Shown here piece by piece: positions 50,785 through 55,387 of a DNA stretch of 55,387 nucleotides. The notes beneath the pieces are model-generated. The model was not told the origin of the DNA. It worked only from the letters and a program-made list of their open reading frames with translations, and did not search any database. Source of the DNA: Candidatus Eiseniibacteriota bacterium (GTDB taxonomy: Bacteria > Orphanbacterota > Orphanbacteria > Orphanbacterales > Orphanbacteraceae); assembly GCA_043809585.1 (NCBI GenBank), contig JBDROZ010000018.1, forward strand, positions 1-55,387, in the 5' to 3' direction. Each line of letters begins with the position of its first letter. Position 1 is the first letter of the stretch. The position numbers and the translations under genes are program-made.

Positions 50785-53472
50785 CTAGCGGACGAGGACC
50801 ATGCGGGCGGTGCGGGTTTCTCCGCCCGCCCGGAGGAGAGCGAAATAGACGCCCGACGGGGCGGCGCGGCCCCCGTCGGACGTTCCGTTCCAGACCACCC
50901 GTTGTTCCCCCGCCCCGAAGGGGCGATCGGCGAGGGTGCGGACCCGCCGGCCGCCGGCGTCGAAGACGGCGAGCCGGACTCCGGCGGGCCCGTCGAGGTG
51001 GAAGAGGATCGTGGCGGCGGGATTGAAGGGATTCGGCATGCTGGTGATCCGCATTCCGGTCGGGGGGGGGGCGGGTCCCGGTGACGCGACGCCGGTCGTC
51101 CAACTCCGGTTCATCATGAGGGTGACCCCGCCGCCGGGGACATTCAGGTAGTACCCGGGGCCGACCAGGGCGATGTCGGGGGCGCCCGCCCCGTCGAAGT
51201 TCCCGAGCGCCGCGCCGCATACCCAGTCCTCCGCCGCGTACCGCAACGGATCGGAGAAGGTCCCGTCCCCCGAGCCTTCGTATCCGTTGCCGAGGAGGAT
51301 CGCGGCCGCTCCGGAGAGAGAATCGACCGCGACCAGATCGAGGATGCCGTCGCCGTTCATGTCGGCCGACAGCAGGCGGACCGGGCATCCGCCGGTCTTC
51401 GCGAATCCGGCGGGGGTGAACGTGCCGTCGCCCGAGCCGTCCTCCCCGTTTCCGAAGAAGAGAGTGGCGCCGCTGTCCAGTGCCGCGGCGACGGCGAGGT
51501 CCGAGATGCCGTCGTCGTTCCAGTCCCCGACGACCACGTCCCGGGGTCTACGTCCCGTCGCGTACGTGACGGGCGCCGCGAATCCGCCGCTGCCGTCTCC
51601 GAGGAGTATCGCCACTTCGTTTTCACCCCACAAAGCCACGGCCCCGTCCGCGGTCCCGTCGTCGTCGAAATCGCCGATCGCCGCCCCGGCGGGGTCCAGC
51701 CCCACGGCGAACGGGGAGGGGGGTCCGAAGGTGCCGTCGCCGACCCCGGATGTCCCGTTCCCGAGAAGGACCTCCACCCGGTCGCCGGCCCGTTCGGAAA
51801 CGAGCATGTCGAGGATGCCGTCGCCGTCGAGATCGGCGATCTCCACCGCCGAGGGGGCGTCGGTGAGAGAACAGGCCGAGAAGTTCTCGAACGTTCCATC
51901 CCCCGTTCCCCCGGTGCCGCCGCCTCGGAGGATCGAAAGCGTGGCGTCCGTCCGGTTCGCCGTGACCAAATCGAGGATGCCGTCCTCGTCAAAATCGGCG
52001 GACGCCGCGTCGATCGGCCCGGCCCCGATGGAGCATACCGAGGCGGCGGTGAACCCCTCCCCTTCCTCTCCGAGGAGGATCCGCACGATCCAGCCGGTCG
52101 AATCGGTCCGGCAGGGGACGGCGAGATCGAGGGCGCCGTCCTCGTTCCAGTCGCCGGGGACGAGCGTGCGGGACGAGTCCCCCACCTCCGCCCGGAGGGA
52201 AACCCGGACGGTTCCGTCCCCGTTCCCCCGGTGAAGACCGACCCCGCCCGTGTGGGGACTCGCGACGAGAAGGTCGGGCCGGTCGTCCCCGTCGAAGTCT
52301 CCCGCCACCAGGGACCACGCGGCGCCGCCGGCCGGGTAGCTCCGGGCCTGGGAGAACCGCCCGTTCCCGACGCCGCCCGTTCCGTTCCCGGTCAAGATCG
52401 ACAGGCTCCGTCCGTAATACTCGCAGGTCGCGAGATCGAGAATGCCGTCGCCGTCGAAATCCGCCGACACCAGCCTCCTCGGCGCGTCCCCCACCAGGTA
52501 GTTGCGGAGATCCCCGAAGGTGCCGTCCCCCACGCCGGCGGAACCGTTCCCGATCAGAACGGAGACGTTGTCCGAATTCCAGCCGCACGAGGCCAGGTCG
52601 GCGATCCCGTCCTCGTTGAAGTCCTCCACCACCAGCGCGTGGGTACCGCTCCCCACGGTGTAGTCGACCCGGGGCTCGAACGTGCCGTCCCCCACCCCGC
52701 CCGTCCCCCGGCCGATCATCACCGACACGCTGTAGCCGTGGGCGTTGCAGACGACCAGGTCGAGGATTCCGTCCTCGTTGAAGTCGTGGGCGAGGATCAT
52801 CTGGGGGGTGTGCCCCACATCGTAGCCGACCGGGTCCGCGTAGCCCCCGTCCCAAACGCCGTTCGCGCCGGTCCCGAAGAGCACCGAGACGCTGTCTCCC
52901 GAATTGGTGCCCAGGCAGTCGTTGGCCACGGCCAGATCGACGATGCCGTCCTCGTCGAAGTCCCCCGCCGCGGCGCCGTAGGCCCCGTAGCCCGAGTAGA
53001 AGAAGGAGGCGGCGGAAAAGGTGCTGTCCCAGACTCCGCCCGCTCCGCCGCCCACCGCCACGTCCACTCCGTCCTGCAGGCGCAGTCCGGTGACGACATC
53101 GAGAATGCCGTCCCCGTTCAGGTCGGCGGTCGTGCAGAGATACGGATAGTGGTGGGTCGGGATCGACACGATTTCCGTGAACGTGCCGTCCGGGACGCCG
53201 CCGTCGCCCCCGCCGAGAAGGACCCGGAGGCGGCAACCGAGCCAGTCCGAAACCAGGAGGTCGGGGAGGGCGTCCCCGTTGAAGTCCGCGGTCTCCAGAA
53301 AGTGCGGGTAGCGGCCCGCATTCATGTAGACGGGCGCCTCGAGATCGACCGGCTTCGCCGCGGTCACCGAGAAGGCGGAAGCCGCCGTGAGAAGCGGGAC
53401 CAGGCGCCGCGCCCACGCGAAGCCGCCCGGGCGCCTCGCCCGCCTCGGAGCGGATCCGGTCGGCTGGCACAC
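50785..53472 (-). CDS. Secreted FG-GAP/VCBS-repeat protein with C-terminal FlgD-Ig-like domain
   Basis: About 13 DFN.DG..DL repeats with GGVGDGTF loops; PNPFNP...VWNG...SGVYF tail. Confidence 0.9.
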   Translation of the reverse strand: MCQPTGSAPRRARRPGGFAWARRLVPLLTAASAFSVTAAKPVDLEAPVYMNAGRYPHFLETADFNGDALPDLLVSDWLGCRLRVLLGGGDGGVPDGTFTEIVSIPTHHYPYLCTTADLNGDGILDVVTGLRLQDGVDVAVGGGAGGVWDSTFSAASFFYSGYGAYGAAAGDFDEDGIVDLAVANDCLGTNSGDSVSVLFGTGANGVWDGGYADPVGYDVGHTPQMILAHDFNEDGILDLVVCNAHGYSVSVMIGRGTGGVGDGTFEPRVDYTVGSGTHALVVEDFNEDGIADLASCGWNSDNVSVLIGNGSAGVGDGTFGDLRNYLVGDAPRRLVSADFDGDGILDLATCEYYGRSLSILTGNGTGGVGNGRFSQARSYPAGGAAWSLVAGDFDGDDRPDLLVASPHTGGVGLHRGNGDGTVRVSLRAEVGDSSRTLVPGDWNEDGALDLAVPCRTDSTGWIVRILLGEEGEGFTAASVCSIGAGPIDAASADFDEDGILDLVTANRTDATLSILRGGGTGGTGDGTFENFSACSLTDAPSAVEIADLDGDGILDMLVSERAGDRVEVLLGNGTSGVGDGTFGPPSPFAVGLDPAGAAIGDFDDDGTADGAVALWGENEVAILLGDGSGGFAAPVTYATGRRPRDVVVGDWNDDGISDLAVAAALDSGATLFFGNGEDGSGDGTFTPAGFAKTGGCPVRLLSADMNGDGILDLVAVDSLSGAAAILLGNGYEGSGDGTFSDPLRYAAEDWVCGAALGNFDGAGAPDIALVGPGYYLNVPGGGVTLMMNRSWTTGVASPGPAPPPTGMRITSMPNPFNPAATILFHLDGPAGVRLAVFDAGGRRVRTLADRPFGAGEQRVVWNGTSDGGRAAPSGVYFALLRAGGETRTARMVLVR

Positions 53473-53707
53473 CTTTCACCTCCTCCCCCGACCGCGGCGC
53501 GAGGAGGGGGCCCGGTCGACGGGAGAGCATAGGGAATTCGCACGCGGGGGGGGATGCCCGCGCTCGGGCCGCCCTGCGGAAAAACCCGGGCGGGTCCCGC
53601 GAATCGAACACTCATGATCCGGTTAAATCATGACATATCTGAGGCTTGCGGTCAAGGAGCAGATCCCGCGGCGCTCTCGATGGCCGGGGCACGCGCCGGC
53701 GCTCCGC

Positions 53708-55099
53708 CTACACGTGCTTCGGGGGCTCGATCTTGGGCGCCTCCCCCTTCGCGGCGAGGGCGAGGTACTCCTTCCACGTCACCCGGGGAAGCCCCGAGTC
53801 CCGCTCCACCATGGTGATGCAGCCGGAGACGGGACAGACGAGAGAGCAGAGGTTGCAGCCGACGCAGGTCTCCTGGTTCACTTCGACCACGTTGACGTAG
53901 CCCCCGCCGAGACCGGCCATGAACGGGACGCCGCCGGAGATACCGGAGCGCTCCATCACTTTGCCCGTGTAGCGGGCGCCGAACTCCTCGAAGCCCACCT
54001 TCGTGATCTCGATCGACTGGTGGGCGCCGTCCTCGCAGGCGATGTAGCAGAGCCCGCAGTGGACGCACTCCTCCTGGTCGATCTCGGCGACCACTTTGTA
54101 ACCGATGTCGAGCTCCTCCCAGTTTCCGACGGCGGGGGCGCAGCGCCCGACCACGTCGCCGAGGGAGGAAAAGCCGTGTTCCATCATCCACATTTCGAGA
54201 CCCGACCGGAGGTGCTCCACCAGGCGGAAGCCGTAGTGCATCGCCGCCGTGCAGACCTGGACGCCGCTCGCCCCGAGGAGGAGGAACTCCGCCGCGTCCT
54301 GCCACTCCTGAATGCCGCCGATCCCCGACACGGGAATGCCGATCTCCGGGTCCGACGCGATCTGGTGCACCATGTGGAGGGCGATCGGTTTCACCGCGGG
54401 CCCGCAGTAGCCGCCGTGGGAGCCGCGCCCCGCGACGTGAGGCTTCGGCCGGAGTGTGTGGAGATCGACGCCCATGATCGAGTTGATCGTGTTGATGAGC
54501 GAGATGCCGTCGGCCCCCCCCCTCTTCGCCGCCCGGCCGACGGCGCGAACGCTCGTCACGTTCGGCGTCAGCTTCACGATCACCGGCGTCCGGGCCGCCT
54601 CCTTCACCCACGCCGTGATCCGCTCCGTGTACTCCGGCACCTGGCCGACCGCCGATCCCATCCCCCGCTCGCTCATGCCATGGGGGCAGCCGAAGTTCAG
54701 TTCCAGTCCGTCGCAGCCGGTCTCCTCCACCTTCTTCACGATGTCGTGCCACGCCTCGCGGCTGCTCTCCACCATGAGGGAGACCACCACGGCGCGGTCC
54801 GGCCACCGCTTCTTCACCTCCCGGATCTCCCGGAGGTTGTCCTCGAGGGTCCGGTCGGTGATGAGCTCGATATTGTTGAATCCCATGATTTTGCGGCCGT
54901 CGTAATCCACCGCCCCGTACCGGGACGAGACGTTCACGATCGGCTCGTGGCTGAGGGTCTTCCAGACGACGCCCCCCCAGCCCGCCTCGAAGGCGCGATC
55001 CACTTGGTAGGCGGAATTGGTGGGGGGACCGCTCGCGAGCCAGAAGGGGTTCGGGGAGCGGACGCCGCAGATCGTCGATTCCAGGTTCGGCTTCTTCAT
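53708..55099 (-). CDS. preA: NAD-dependent dihydropyrimidine dehydrogenase subunit PreA
   Basis: PNPFWLASGPPT, NNIELI, ELNFGCPHGM, KLTPN, CVHCGLC, CVGCNLC. Confidence 0.96.
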   Translation of the reverse strand: MKKPNLESTICGVRSPNPFWLASGPPTNSAYQVDRAFEAGWGGVVWKTLSHEPIVNVSSRYGAVDYDGRKIMGFNNIELITDRTLEDNLREIREVKKRWPDRAVVVSLMVESSREAWHDIVKKVEETGCDGLELNFGCPHGMSERGMGSAVGQVPEYTERITAWVKEAARTPVIVKLTPNVTSVRAVGRAAKRGGADGISLINTINSIMGVDLHTLRPKPHVAGRGSHGGYCGPAVKPIALHMVHQIASDPEIGIPVSGIGGIQEWQDAAEFLLLGASGVQVCTAAMHYGFRLVEHLRSGLEMWMMEHGFSSLGDVVGRCAPAVGNWEELDIGYKVVAEIDQEECVHCGLCYIACEDGAHQSIEITKVGFEEFGARYTGKVMERSGISGGVPFMAGLGGGYVNVVEVNQETCVGCNLCSLVCPVSGCITMVERDSGLPRVTWKEYLALAAKGEAPKIEPPKHV

Positions 55100-55387
55100 G
55101 ACGGGCGCCCCCTCCATCCCCGGTCCATAGCGCGGGCGGCGACCTTCCCCTCCTGGACCGCGTTCACGATTTCCGCCCCCTTGCTGACGCAATCCCCGCC
55201 GGCGAAGAGCCCGGGAAGACCGGTTCCCCCCGTTTTCGGGTCGACGAGGATACGTCCCTTCTCGATGCGGACGCCCCGCACGCCCGACAGGAGATCGAGC
55301 GCGGAACTCTGGCCGAGGGCTTTCACCGCCATGTCGCAGGGGATCGTGAAGTCCCCCCCCGGGACCGGAACGAGCTCGGCGGTGCGG
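55096..55387 (-). CDS. preT: Dihydropyrimidine dehydrogenase subunit PreT, C-terminal part (runs off the window)
   Basis: CDMAVKALGQ, FAGGDC, NAVQEGKVAA; ATGA overlap with preA. Confidence 0.85.
   Translation of the reverse strand, partial: RTAELVPVPGGDFTIPCDMAVKALGQSSALDLLSGVRGVRIEKGRILVDPKTGGTGLPGLFAGGDCVSKGAEIVNAVQEGKVAARAMDRGWRGRPS

Overview
GC-rich (visually about two-thirds G+C) bacterial chromosomal window, mostly housekeeping. C-terminal motifs on secreted proteins (PNPFNP/FlgD-Ig tail, SWGxxK tail) suggest an Eisenbacteria/Krumholzibacteria/Latescibacteria-like lineage (inference). Gene content: an 11-subunit complex I operon (nuoABCDHIJKLMN, no nuoEFG) running into mutT and gph; trxB, pepA and a DHH phosphoesterase; a Cys-type CcmE (System I*) ccm operon with two extra genes and an exported multi-rhodanese; nfo and queF; three radical SAM genes; an acyl-CoA dehydrogenase; mtgA, thiE-like, GIY-YIG and thiGHS; transporters; a pseudo-receiver sigma54 activator with a full divergent sigma54 promoter; an FG-GAP protein; and preA/preT. 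Two genes (nuoN, MBL hydrolase) have single-base homopolymer frameshifts that look like assembly errors. The most unusual signal is non-coding. Several intergenic regions are packed with at least 7 families of hairpin elements. Two families are ~180-bp rods whose stems covary while purine-rich internal loops stay fixed. One copy appears to have inserted at a duplicated CTAG inside the mutT start and supplies a replacement ATG. No transposase, CRISPR array, rRNA or tRNA was recognised.
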